Source: Candidatus Blochmanniella floridana
GTDB lineage: Bacteria > Pseudomonadota > Gammaproteobacteria > Enterobacterales > Enterobacteriaceae
DNA length: 32,000 nt
Assembly (NCBI GenBank): GCA_000043285.1
Contig: BX248583.1
Coordinates: 270,001 to 302,000 of the forward strand
Direction of reading: 5' to 3'
In this document: in pieces, positions 10,221-20,622 of the stretch
How the letters are laid out: every line of letters begins with the position of its first letter
Numbering within the stretch: the first letter of the stretch is position 1
Translations under genes and position numbers: made by a program
Notes under the pieces: generated by a model
What the model saw: only the letters and a program-made list of their open reading frames with translations
What the model was told of the DNA's origin: nothing
Database searches by the model: none

Positions 10221-11678
10221 ATGAGTAAATTTGAAAAAGAACAAATTGCTTTTCCTAATGATTTTCGGCGTAATTATATTTCTGATCAATTACATCAAAA
10301 ATATGATCATAAAACTAATACAGAATTGATTCATCTTAATGTAAAAGTTAGTGTCGCAGGTCGTATAATGACTCGTCGGATTATGGGAAAATCATCTTTT
10401 ATGACATTACGTGATGGAGGAGGTTGTATTCAGTTATATTTTACTATTCATGATATGAAATCACAGACGATGTATTTTAAGGTTATAAAAACATGGGATA
10501 TAGGAGATTTAATTGGAGTGAAAGGAGTATTATTTAAAACTCGTACTGGAGAATTATCAATACATTGCAAGGAAATGGTTTTATTAACTAAATCGTTGAG
10601 ATCATTACCAGATAAATTTCATGGATTACGTAATATAGAAACGAAATATCGTCAAAGGTATTTAGATTTAATAGTTAATGAAGAATCTATGAAAACATTT
10701 AAAATACGTTCTTTAATTATATCTGAAATACGTCGTTTTATGCATCAACATCATTTTATAGAAGTAGAAACTCCTATGATGCATCATATTCCTGGAGGTG
10801 CATTAGCTCGACCTTTTGTTACATATCATAATAAATTAAACATGAATATGTATCTTCGTATTGCTCCAGAATTATATTTAAAAAAATTAATAATTGGAGG
10901 TTTTGAAAAAATATTTGAAATAAATCGTAATTTTCGTAATGAAAGTATATCTCCATATCATAATCCTGAATTTACTATGATGGAAATTTATGAAGCGTAT
11001 GTTGATTATAATAATATGATAATTTTTGTTCAGGAATTATTTCGAACATTAACAGAACGGATTCTCAGGAAGAGTGTTATTGAATATGGTGATTATAGTT
11101 TAGATTTTGAAAAACCTTTTATTAAAATGAGTATAAAAGAAGCTATTATGTATTATTTACCAGATATTCGAACAAAAAATATCGATGATATATTAGTTGT
11201 TTTTGATATCTTAAAATTTTTTAAAGTACCCAGTGATAATCAATGGACATTAGAAAAGTTGCATATGGTTCTTTTTGAAGAGATAGTATCAAAAAAAATT
11301 ATTCAACCAACTTGTATTACTCATTATCCAATAGAAGTATCCCCATTAGCTCGTTGCAGTAATGATAATGCAAAAATTGCTGATCGATTTGAGTTATTTA
11401 TTGCTGGTCATGAAATAGGAAATGGATTTTCGGAGTTAAATGATCCGGATGATCAACGTAATCGATTTTTAAAGCAAGCAACAGAAAAAATGATTAATAA
11501 TGATATTGATCAAGATGAATCAAATATGCCTTATGATAAGGATTATATAGTTGCATTAGAGTATGGTTTACCGCCAACAGCAGGTGTCGGTATAGGTATT
11601 GATCGTTTAGTAATGTTGTTAACTAATAAACATAATATTCGGGATGTAATTTTATTTCCAACTTTACGATCAAAGTAA
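10221..11678 (+). CDS. lysS: Lysine--tRNA ligase (class II)
   Basis: 485 aa. [42 protein letters not shown] and GLPPTAG.GIGIDR are collinear with E. coli LysS, with the N-terminus about 20 aa shorter. It directly follows prfB, as in E. coli. Confidence 0.96.
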   Translation: MSKFEKEQIAFPNDFRRNYISDQLHQKYDHKTNTELIHLNVKVSVAGRIMTRRIMGKSSFMTLRDGGGCIQLYFTIHDMKSQTMYFKVIKTWDIGDLIGVKGVLFKTRTGELSIHCKEMVLLTKSLRSLPDKFHGLRNIETKYRQRYLDLIVNEESMKTFKIRSLIISEIRRFMHQHHFIEVETPMMHHIPGGALARPFVTYHNKLNMNMYLRIAPELYLKKLIIGGFEKIFEINRNFRNESISPYHNPEFTMMEIYEAYVDYNNMIIFVQELFRTLTERILRKSVIEYGDYSLDFEKPFIKMSIKEAIMYYLPDIRTKNIDDILVVFDILKFFKVPSDNQWTLEKLHMVLFEEIVSKKIIQPTCITHYPIEVSPLARCSNDNAKIADRFELFIAGHEIGNGFSELNDPDDQRNRFLKQATEKMINNDIDQDESNMPYDKDYIVALEYGLPPTAGVGIGIDRLVMLLTNKHNIRDVILFPTLRSK

Positions 11679-11803
11679 TTTTATATTGATAGTTTTATTG
11701 TAATTAATAAAGATGAGTAGTTTTGTAATTGATATTGATTTTGGTAAATGTATATTGTGTGACATTGTGTTATATTTAGTTGCTTGGAATATAGAGATTA
11801 GTT

Positions 11804-13081
11804 ATGCATCAACATGTGATTAATGAATTATTACATATTAGTAATTATAATAAATTAAAAGAGTTACATCAAAAATATAGAGGACCTGTGTGGGCATATG
11901 ATGCATCTATTATTATAAATCGCATTAATCAATTAAAACAATTTGATGTAATACGTTTTGCTCAGAAATCTTGTTCTAATATTCATATTTTAAAACTAAT
12001 GAATAATAATGGAGTGAAAATTGATGCTGTTTCATTAGGAGAAATAGAACGGGCTTTATTAGCTGGATTTAAGTCTGATAATGAAGATTCTGAAATTGTT
12101 TTTACTGCAGATATTTTTGAAAATGATACGTTATTAAAGATAGTGGAATTAGGTATTCCTGTGAATATAGGTTCTATTGATATGTTAATACAATTAGGAT
12201 CTTGTTCTCCTAGACATAAAATATGGTTACGTATTAATCCTGGATTTGGTTATGGACATAATTATAAAACTAATACAGGAGGAGAAAATAGTAAGCATGG
12301 TATTTGGCATGAAGATATACCAACCGCTTTGTTTTATATTCGTTATTATAATTTGAGATTGATTGGATTTCATATGCATGTTGGCTCTGGAGTGCATTAT
12401 GATCATTTATTGAAGGTATCTTATGCAATGGTTCAACAAGTTTTTAAATACACAGAAGATTTGCAAGCTATTTCGGCTGGAGGAGGTTTAACAGTACCAT
12501 ATGAATCTCACGAAAAGCCAGTAGATGTAAATAATTATTTTAATATTTGGAATAAGGCAAGACAGGAGATTAGCCAATGTTTAGGTCATAAAATACAATT
12601 AGAAATTGAACCGGGTCGTTTTCTTGTTGCTGAATCTGGGATTTTAATTACTCAAATCTGTGCAGTAAAAAGGATGGGAAGAAGAAATTTTGTGTTAATA
12701 GATGCTGGATATAATGATTTAATGCGTCCTGTAATGTATGGTAGTTATCATCATATTTCGTTAATACCTGGAGATAATCGGAATATTATGTTTGATAAAT
12801 TAAATGATATAATTATTGGAGGACCATTATGTGAATCAGGAGATATTTTTACTCAAAATTCGTATGGTGAAGTTTTACCTAGAAAATTACCAGATTCGTT
12901 AAAGATAGGAGATTATTTAATATTTCATGATACTGGAGCGTATGGAGCATCTATGTCATCTAATTATAATACTCGTCCGCTATTACCGGAGGTTTTATGG
13001 GAAAATGGAGAAATTAGGCAAATTCGTCGTAAACAGAGATTAGAGGATTTATTTTCTTTGGAAATTTCACATACAGTATAA
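11804..13081 (+). CDS. lysA: Diaminopimelate decarboxylase
   Basis: 425 aa. FDV.RFAQK.CSNIHIL.LM, NPGFG.GH..KTNTGGENSKHGIW, EIEPGRFLVA.SG.LITQ and GPLCESGD.FTQ match E. coli LysA (420 aa). Confidence 0.96.
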   Translation: MHQHVINELLHISNYNKLKELHQKYRGPVWAYDASIIINRINQLKQFDVIRFAQKSCSNIHILKLMNNNGVKIDAVSLGEIERALLAGFKSDNEDSEIVFTADIFENDTLLKIVELGIPVNIGSIDMLIQLGSCSPRHKIWLRINPGFGYGHNYKTNTGGENSKHGIWHEDIPTALFYIRYYNLRLIGFHMHVGSGVHYDHLLKVSYAMVQQVFKYTEDLQAISAGGGLTVPYESHEKPVDVNNYFNIWNKARQEISQCLGHKIQLEIEPGRFLVAESGILITQICAVKRMGRRNFVLIDAGYNDLMRPVMYGSYHHISLIPGDNRNIMFDKLNDIIIGGPLCESGDIFTQNSYGEVLPRKLPDSLKIGDYLIFHDTGAYGASMSSNYNTRPLLPEVLWENGEIRQIRRKQRLEDLFSLEISHTV

Positions 13082-13123
13082 ATATAGTTTTAAAAAATTA
13101 TATTTATACTGTATGTGAAATTT
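13062..13123 (+). terminator. 25-bp perfect inverted repeat overlapping the lysA stop codon (terminator-like hairpin)
   Basis: aaatttcacatacagtataaatata (13062-13086) pairs with tatatttatactgtatgtgaaattt (13099-13123). The 12-nt spacer gttttaaaaaat is itself partly self-complementary. The lysA TAA (13079-13081) lies in the left arm. Confidence 0.5.
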
Positions 13124-13318
13124 ATACATATCTATTTAAAAATTCACATAATAAGAGGATTTTAGGAATTTTGATATGAAATATATAGAAAATATAATAT
13201 TTTTGTATTATGTTTTTGTATAGGTTTATATATATGTATAAAGTTATATTATATAAGTTACGTATATAAATATATATTGTATTTCTTTAAAAAATTATAA
13301 ATTGAGGCTGGTTTAATA

Positions 13319-13795
13319 GTGATTGACGATAATGGTTATAGGTTAAATGTAGGAATTGTATTATGCAATACTTATGGACAGGTTTTATGGGCCAAGAGAT
13401 ATAAACAATGTTCTTGGCAATTTCCTCAAGGGGGTATTAATATTGGTGAGACTCCTGAACAAGCAATGTATAGAGAATTATTTGAAGAGATAGGATTAAA
13501 TTATTGTGATGTACGTATTTTATCTATTACGCGTTGTTGGTTTTGTTACAAGTTGCCTACACAATTAGTACGATGGAGAATAAAACCGTTATGTTTAGGT
13601 CAAAAACAAAAGTGGTTTTTATTAAAACTTTTGTCCAAAGATACAAAGATTAATATGAAAACAAGTAAGGTTTGTACGTTTGATACTTGGCAATGGGTCA
13701 GTTTATGGTATCCTATACGTCAAGTTGTATTTTTTAAACGTCATGTGTACAGAAAAGTGATGAAGGAATTTGTTAAATTAATTATATCACGGTAA
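13319..13795 (+). CDS. rppH: RNA pyrophosphohydrolase (Nudix)
   Basis: GTG start. [25 protein letters not shown] aligns with E. coli [27 protein letters not shown]. Nudix box [23 protein letters not shown]. The C-terminal tail is shorter than in E. coli. Confidence 0.94.
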   Translation: MIDDNGYRLNVGIVLCNTYGQVLWAKRYKQCSWQFPQGGINIGETPEQAMYRELFEEIGLNYCDVRILSITRCWFCYKLPTQLVRWRIKPLCLGQKQKWFLLKLLSKDTKINMKTSKVCTFDTWQWVSLWYPIRQVVFFKRHVYRKVMKEFVKLIISR

Positions 13796-13940
13796 TTATT
13801 TTATTATTACGATATTAAATTTTATAATATTAGACATAATGTTGCAAGAAGTATGGTAGATATAGATGAATATAGGAATATTGTCATAAAATTAATTTTT
13901 AAGAATATGGTATTTTATGTTATTTAAAGTATTAGAGTGA

Positions 13941-14804
13941 TTGTTTGATATGCAGTTTTTTTATACTCCAAATTTTAATCCAATTATTTTGAAAGTAGGT
14001 TGTATTTCATTTTATTGGTATGGAATGATGTATGTATTAAGTTTTATATTTGCTATGTGGTTTTTAAAATATAGAAAGAGATATATTGTAAATGATATTT
14101 TTTCTAGTACATCAGAAATAGAGAATTTGTTATATTTAAATTTTCTAGGAGTTGTAATAGGAGGTAGAATTGGGTATGTATTATTTTATCAGTGGTCTAT
14201 GTTATCGCAAGATAAATTATGGTTTTTTAAATTGTGGGAAGGTGGAATGTCTTTTCATGGAGGTTTAATAGGAGTAATTATCTCCATAATGTGGTTTTCG
14301 TATTGTAAAAATCAATCTTTTTTGAAAATATCTGATTTTATAGTTCCTGCAGTTCCAGTAGGATTAGGATTAGGTAGATTAGGAAATTTTATTAATGGAG
14401 AACTGTGGGGGAGAGTAACTTTTGATATTCCTTGGGCTATGTTATTTAAAAATGCTTTATTGCAAGATTTATTAACTTTAAAAATTCATCCAGAATGGAA
14501 ATTTTTTTTTGATTATTATGGAGCTTTACCTCGACATCCGTCCCAATTATATGAAATGATTTTAGAAGGGATAGTTTTATTTGTAGTAATTTATATATTT
14601 TCATGCAAGTCAAGGCCTGAGGGTAGTATATCAGGTTTATTTTTATTATTGTACGGATTATTTCGGATTATAATAGAATTTTTTCGTCAACCTGATATTC
14701 ATATAGGATTAATTAATAATTTCATTACTTTAGGGCAAGTTTTGTCCTTTCCTATGGTTATATTTGGTTTTATTATTATGTATGTTTCTTATAAATTTAA
14801 GTAA
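13941..14804 (+). CDS. lgt: Phosphatidylglycerol--prolipoprotein diacylglyceryl transferase
   Basis: 287 aa from TTG 13941. ATG 13950 (MQFFYTPNFNP, compare E. coli ..YLHFPEFDP) is an equally plausible start. Conserved GGMSFHGGLIGV, GRLGNFINGELWGR, LPRHPSQLYE and FRQPD. Confidence 0.94.
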   Translation: MFDMQFFYTPNFNPIILKVGCISFYWYGMMYVLSFIFAMWFLKYRKRYIVNDIFSSTSEIENLLYLNFLGVVIGGRIGYVLFYQWSMLSQDKLWFFKLWEGGMSFHGGLIGVIISIMWFSYCKNQSFLKISDFIVPAVPVGLGLGRLGNFINGELWGRVTFDIPWAMLFKNALLQDLLTLKIHPEWKFFFDYYGALPRHPSQLYEMILEGIVLFVVIYIFSCKSRPEGSISGLFLLLYGLFRIIIEFFRQPDIHIGLINNFITLGQVLSFPMVIFGFIIMYVSYKFK

Positions 14805-15020
14805 AAATTAGATATTAAATTTTTAGTGATTGTAGTATGTATATATGAATGTTCATTTATCGGATTTTTAAATATAGTAATATGTTTTATGTTTTTTTGA
14901 GAATACTGATTTAAAAATTTATATTGATTGATTAATTTTTAACTAATATTGTCATTTAAGATAGTAGTAATAAAATAATTTATTTCTATTTAATTTCGTT
15001 GTGATTATTATATATAAATT

Positions 15021-18000
15021 ATGTTTATGGTTTATCATTCTAATTGTTTAGATTTATTTATGAGATTAGTAATTAATGTGATGTCAAATCAAAAATTATC
15101 TAATCCTATGAAACCTGAGATTATCTTAATAGAACATAAGATAATGTCACAGTGGATAGAAATAGAATTGACAAATTATTTCGGTATTTCTGCAAATATT
15201 ATATTTATGACTATACAGTCATTTATACGAAAAATTTCTATAGAATTGTTATCAGATGGAATTTTTATAAGTAATTTTTCCAAAAATTTTATGTATTGGA
15301 AATTTATGGAAATTTTGCCTAAATTATATTCTAGTCAAAAATGTGCTGTTATTCAGAAATATTTATGTTTTGACGTGAATCAAAAAAAACTTGGACAACT
15401 TTCTGAACAACTTGTTTCCTTATTTTTGGAATATTTAATATATCGGCCAGATTGGTTAGATATGTGGAAATCTAATAAAATTATAGATAATTTAAATATT
15501 GAACATCAACTTTGGCAATCTGAAGTATGGCGTATGTTTTTAACACATACACAACTTCAACTTTATGAATTTAATTCGGAAAATCGTTGTATTTTTTTGT
15601 TACAAAATAATTATCAGCAAATTGATTGGACTAAATTACCTGATAGAATTTTCATTTATGGTGTTACAGCCATTGCTCCTATATATTGGAAGATATTGAA
15701 ATTATTAAGTGATCATATTGATATATATTTATGGGTTATTAATCCATGTGAAAAGTATTGGAATAATACTGATTACATGGATGATATAAATAAGCATGTA
15801 TATCATCAGTCAAATAATCATTCCTGGGAAGTTAGAAAAAAATATTATTATAATAATAGATGTAATAAAAGTATTTTAAAATCAAATTATTCTTTATTGA
15901 ATTCATGGGGAGAGGTTGGTTTTCATACATTGCATTTATTGAGTCAATTGGAACGACCATTATTTGAGATACAATCCTTTGTGTTTCCCAAAACTAATTC
16001 AATGTTGCATATTTTGCAAAATGAAATTTTACAATTTAAACAATATTCATCAAATGAAGTGCAAAAAGAGTCATCTATTTTTAAAAAATCAGCAAATATG
16101 CAAAAAAATATTTTAAAATCAACAGATCAATCAATTACTATTCATGAATGTCATAGTCTATATCGTGAGATAGAAGTATTGCATGATAATTTGTTACGTA
16201 TGTTTTCTAATGATTCTGCATTATTACCTGGAGAAGTAATAGTTATGGCACCTAATATTAATTGTTATACAGAATCTATTAAATCTATATTTAATAATAT
16301 GTTTAACAGACAATTGCCATTTTCTATTTTAAGTGATCATAGCGATTATATACATCATCCTATTATATCAACTATATTGAATATATTAGCTATACCTACT
16401 AGTCGTTTTACTGTTGAGGAAATTTTTTCATTATTATCAATACCATCTATAGCATCTAAATTTTCTATAGATGATGAAGCAATGAAATTATTGCGTTTAT
16501 GGATTGTTGAGTCTGGCGTAAGATGGGGATTAGACCAGGATACTCAAGAGAATTTTAATTTGCCAGTTACTGAATGGAATACTTGGTATTTTGGATTTAA
16601 AAGAATGTTATTAGGTTATGCAATAAAAAATCAAAATGGATCATGGAAAAATATTTTTCCATATAATTATATAAGCGAAGAATATGTACACGTTGTATCT
16701 GGACTTGGAGAATTTTTGGAAATATTAAAAAAATGGAGAAATCGTTTAAATGGTGCTTATACATTACAAAAATGGATGTTATATTTTAGAGAAATGATTA
16801 ATGATTTTTTCGATTTTAGTAAATTAAATGTAGAAGAAAATCAAGCACTTTTTTTGTTAAAAAACTGTTGGACTAATATATTGGAATCAGGTATTCAATT
16901 AGGATATATTAATACTGTTACAATAAATATATTAAGAGATAAGTTATTAATTCAATTAATGAATCAAAAAAAAAATTATCAATTTTTACCAAATGCTATT
17001 AATTTTTGTAATATTACTCCGATGTGTTTTATTTCGTGTAAAATTTTATGTATCATAGGTATACATGACAATGAGTTTCCTAGAGATAGATTCTCGTATG
17101 ATTTTAATTTAATATCAAAAAGATTTAGAATAGGAGATAACAATATATGTGGTCAAGATTATTATGCATTTTTGCTAGCATGTTTGTTACCCAAGGAAAA
17201 ATTGTATTTGAGTTTTATAAATAAATTGGCGTTTTGTTATGGTAATTCTATAAGCTCATCAATTTTTATTGATGAGCTTATAGAATATATTGCTCAAAGA
17301 TTTTATTTAATAGGTGATCAAAATTTAGATATTATCAGTAATATCAAGCGTATACGTAAGTATTTATTGTATAAATATAGTTGTATGCCATTTTCTTGTA
17401 GCAATTTTATTGCATATTCAAAAAAACAAAGTTTTGCTAATGAATGGTTAGCTGCTGCTTATGCTGATAAGAATATAACAGTATTTACTCAGTCTCAGCA
17501 ACAATTTTTGACTACTTCGTTACCTCACATTATTGTTTCTACGATATTGTTACGTGATTTATATGATTTTTATCGACATCCAGTACGTATGTGGTTTCAA
17601 AAGCGTTTAAAGGTATATTTTTATCAGTGTACTCATGATATTTTATTAAATGATGAAACTTTTTTTGTAAGTAATTTACGTCGTTTTCAATTGAATGTTA
17701 AATTAATTGATTATTTTATACATAATAAAAATATTGATACACTTTATCGAGAATTTTATGATTCTGGAATGTTGCCTTATGGCTCGTTTGGTCAATTATA
17801 TTGGATAGAACAATGTGAAAAGATGTATAAATTAGCAAGTAAAATTAAACGATATTATTCATCTAAGATATTTACATTAAATATAACTTTTAAAATTGAA
17901 ACTATTAAATTAATCGGTGAATTACATTCAGTACAAGAAAATGGATTAATCCGTTGGAAACCGGCTTATCTTTCAATGAGGGATTGTTTTTTAGTATGGT

Positions 18001-18440
18001 TGGAACATTTAATATATTGTTTTTCAGGAGGGAATGGAGAGAGTTGGTTATTTGGTACAGATAGTACATGGCATTTTCCTAATTTTTCTAAGATACAAGC
18101 GCAAGAATTATTATTTTTTTTAATTTCAGGATATTGTTTAGGGATCAATGTACCTTTATTGTTGTTATATAAGTCTGGTGGTGCTTGGATAAATTATGTA
18201 TTTGATTGGAATAATAGAGTTATATGTTCAGATCCAGATATTCATAAAAAGGCTTGTCAAAGGTTGATATATACTTGGCAGGGTAGTAGCGATGATACAC
18301 AGTTTTCTTATTTAAGGGAAAGTCAAGATCCATATTTACGTAAACTTATTCCATTATATTTAAACGAAGAGGATATACGTATTATTACTGATGTTTCAAA
18401 AGATTATTTGCTGGATCTTATGAGATATAGAATTTTATAG
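15021..18440 (+). CDS. recC: Exodeoxyribonuclease V, gamma subunit
   Basis: 1139 aa. MFMVYHSNCLDLF..PMKPEIILIEHKIMSQWIEIELT..FGISANI aligns with E. coli MLRVYHSNRLDVL..PFEPEMILVQSTGMAQWLQMTLSQKFGIAANI. LIYRPDWL matches the E. coli YLVYRPDWL motif. Full length relative to E. coli (1122 aa). Confidence 0.94.
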   Translation: MFMVYHSNCLDLFMRLVINVMSNQKLSNPMKPEIILIEHKIMSQWIEIELTNYFGISANIIFMTIQSFIRKISIELLSDGIFISNFSKNFMYWKFMEILPKLYSSQKCAVIQKYLCFDVNQKKLGQLSEQLVSLFLEYLIYRPDWLDMWKSNKIIDNLNIEHQLWQSEVWRMFLTHTQLQLYEFNSENRCIFLLQNNYQQIDWTKLPDRIFIYGVTAIAPIYWKILKLLSDHIDIYLWVINPCEKYWNNTDYMDDINKHVYHQSNNHSWEVRKKYYYNNRCNKSILKSNYSLLNSWGEVGFHTLHLLSQLERPLFEIQSFVFPKTNSMLHILQNEILQFKQYSSNEVQKESSIFKKSANMQKNILKSTDQSITIHECHSLYREIEVLHDNLLRMFSNDSALLPGEVIVMAPNINCYTESIKSIFNNMFNRQLPFSILSDHSDYIHHPIISTILNILAIPTSRFTVEEIFSLLSIPSIASKFSIDDEAMKLLRLWIVESGVRWGLDQDTQENFNLPVTEWNTWYFGFKRMLLGYAIKNQNGSWKNIFPYNYISEEYVHVVSGLGEFLEILKKWRNRLNGAYTLQKWMLYFREMINDFFDFSKLNVEENQALFLLKNCWTNILESGIQLGYINTVTINILRDKLLIQLMNQKKNYQFLPNAINFCNITPMCFISCKILCIIGIHDNEFPRDRFSYDFNLISKRFRIGDNNICGQDYYAFLLACLLPKEKLYLSFINKLAFCYGNSISSSIFIDELIEYIAQRFYLIGDQNLDIISNIKRIRKYLLYKYSCMPFSCSNFIAYSKKQSFANEWLAAAYADKNITVFTQSQQQFLTTSLPHIIVSTILLRDLYDFYRHPVRMWFQKRLKVYFYQCTHDILLNDETFFVSNLRRFQLNVKLIDYFIHNKNIDTLYREFYDSGMLPYGSFGQLYWIEQCEKMYKLASKIKRYYSSKIFTLNITFKIETIKLIGELHSVQENGLIRWKPAYLSMRDCFLVWLEHLIYCFSGGNGESWLFGTDSTWHFPNFSKIQAQELLFFLISGYCLGINVPLLLLYKSGGAWINYVFDWNNRVICSDPDIHKKACQRLIYTWQGSSDDTQFSYLRESQDPYLRKLIPLYLNEEDIRIITDVSKDYLLDLMRYRIL

Positions 18441-18493
18441 TGTTTTGTAACGATGTTAATATTATAAAAATATATAAATAATAGAAAAATTTT

Positions 18494-20416
18494 TTACATA
18501 TATGAGTATTTTTTGATTTGATCAAATAAACCACTATATCGATGATTCATAAGATTGATGGTATGTATGAGAACATTATCTGTTGCATATAGATCAAGGT
18601 GTTGACGTGCTCTAGTAATGGCAGTATAGAGTAATTCTCTAGTTAAAATAGGTGTGTGGTGATACGGAAATATAATTGATATATGTTGAAATTCAGAGCC
18701 TTGTGCTTTGTGTATGGTCATAGCGAAACATGTTTCATAGCTAGGTAATTGGTTGATTGGAATAGTTTTAATTTCATGGAGTGATGAAAGAAAATAAGCA
18801 GATAAATAGTTTTGTGAATTAAGTAATAATAATCCAATTTCTCCATTATATAATTCTAGTGATGGTTCGTTTTGTAATATAATAATAGGTCGTCCAATAT
18901 AATTTCCAGAATGGTTTAATGTGATTAGACTTTGATCATTCAGAACTTGTTCAATATAATGGTTTAATTGTGTTACTCCAAATGGTCCATGTCGTAATGC
19001 ACATAATATTCGGTAATATTCAAATATTTTTAAAGCATGTTTTATTGATACTTTATTATTTTGTATTATTTTTAGGTAATTAGAATATTTTTTTGCGCAA
19101 TGTATAATTAAATTTATATAATCCTTTTTTTTTTGAAGATGATTATATGATAAATCTGTATATTGTTTAGAATGTAATATAAATAAAGTTTGATTATAGT
19201 CTCCTATTTTTACAGATTTAGCTAAGTGAATAATACCTGAATTTTTATGAAATCTATAATTTTTTTTAAAAATACATATTTTATCAGCAATAGTGTTACA
19301 ATAATTATTCTGTGTATATGAAGAATTATTCATAGATAATGTATGATTTGTTAATTTTTTGAGTTTTTCTTGTTGTTGTATAGAATAACCGAAATTTGAA
19401 AATTGACATATATCTTGAAATACAGATCCTGATTCTATAGGATGTAATTGGTGGTGGTCTCCAATGAGAATAACTTTTGTGTTATTAGATAAATGCATAA
19501 TTAATTGGGATAATAACGATAAACTGATCATAGAGGCTTCATCAATAATTAAACAATCTATATTTGTATTTAAATAGTTTGAATAATATTGATATTGATA
19601 TTTATATTTATTGTATAATTTTAATCCCAGAAAATTATGTATAGTAGTTGCTTTTAGATCTGATGTATGTACATTAGACATATGAAGTTGATTGAGATCA
19701 TTGAATATTTTATGGCATGCATGCGTTAACACAGTTGCTGATTTTCCTGTGGGAGTAACCATTTTAATACGTAGTTTATTATTATATAATAGTAAGGCTG
19801 TGATTATTTGAGCGATAGTTGATGTTTTTCCCGTACCAGCTTCTCCTGAAATTAAAATCCTTGAATGTATCATACTTAAAGCAGTAGCTATTTTGTGCCA
19901 ATTAATTTCTTTAGAAGTTTTTAAAAATAATTTGTTTAATATGATAGTGATTTTTGTTTGATCGAGATAGGAGTCATCATTAGAATGATGAACAAAAAAT
20001 TTAGCTACTGTGCATTCATGTTCCCATATATAGTGTAAGTATAATCGTCGATTATTTAAAACTAATGGAGTAATTGATGATCCGTCTCCTACTGCTGATG
20101 AAGAAAGTAATATATCTTGCCAATCATTTGTGGATAATTTTTTAGTTTTCTGAATAATTTCATGTATTAGGTCTGGATGATAATTTTGAAATAATTTTCC
20201 TGAAGATAATAAATATATTGGCAGGCAAGTATGTCCTGATCGTACGTAAGTACTTACATATATGCTAGCTAACATTAGTACAATTTTTTTTATATTGTGA
20301 TAATAATTATTGGTATTATCACATGGGAATGATTCAGTGATTAACATTTTAGAAAATTGAATGTCTAATTCGTTATGTAATTTTAATGATATAATTTTTT
20401 TTAGAAGATGTTGCAT
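18494..20416 (-). CDS. recD: Exodeoxyribonuclease V, alpha subunit (SF1 helicase)
   Basis: 640 aa. Walker A ISGEAGTGKTST, LIIDEASMISL, ILIGDHHQL, CALRHGPFGV, MTIHKAQGSEF and TRELLYTAITRAR are collinear with E. coli RecD. The N-terminus LDIQFSKML resembles E. coli LDVQFALTV. Confidence 0.94.
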   Translation of the reverse strand: MQHLLKKIISLKLHNELDIQFSKMLITESFPCDNTNNYYHNIKKIVLMLASIYVSTYVRSGHTCLPIYLLSSGKLFQNYHPDLIHEIIQKTKKLSTNDWQDILLSSSAVGDGSSITPLVLNNRRLYLHYIWEHECTVAKFFVHHSNDDSYLDQTKITIILNKLFLKTSKEINWHKIATALSMIHSRILISGEAGTGKTSTIAQIITALLLYNNKLRIKMVTPTGKSATVLTHACHKIFNDLNQLHMSNVHTSDLKATTIHNFLGLKLYNKYKYQYQYYSNYLNTNIDCLIIDEASMISLSLLSQLIMHLSNNTKVILIGDHHQLHPIESGSVFQDICQFSNFGYSIQQQEKLKKLTNHTLSMNNSSYTQNNYCNTIADKICIFKKNYRFHKNSGIIHLAKSVKIGDYNQTLFILHSKQYTDLSYNHLQKKKDYINLIIHCAKKYSNYLKIIQNNKVSIKHALKIFEYYRILCALRHGPFGVTQLNHYIEQVLNDQSLITLNHSGNYIGRPIIILQNEPSLELYNGEIGLLLLNSQNYLSAYFLSSLHEIKTIPINQLPSYETCFAMTIHKAQGSEFQHISIIFPYHHTPILTRELLYTAITRARQHLDLYATDNVLIHTINLMNHRYSGLFDQIKKYSYM

Positions 20417-20622
20417 TATATGATTTAATTGTTGTACGTAAAGTTTTTTTAAACTGTTTATTATGATGGATAATATTTTTAGTTAATTGTTCATAAATTG
20501 TATATTTAAATATATAATAAGTGATATGATTATTTAATAATTTTGATATAGCAAGCATTATTTACAATAATGTTATATATATAAAGATATAATTAATTAT
20601 TTTAATAATTATAGTGTAATAG

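Noticed and set aside
20373-20558. A 61-aa ORF on the - strand in the recB-recD gap, overlapping the recD start. It could in principle be a recD N-terminal extension or a recB relic.
   Set aside because: RecD aligns with E. coli RecD from its own ATG at 20416 (LDIQFS compared with LDVQFA), and RecB aligns to its C-terminus. The ORF is in a different frame and is low complexity.
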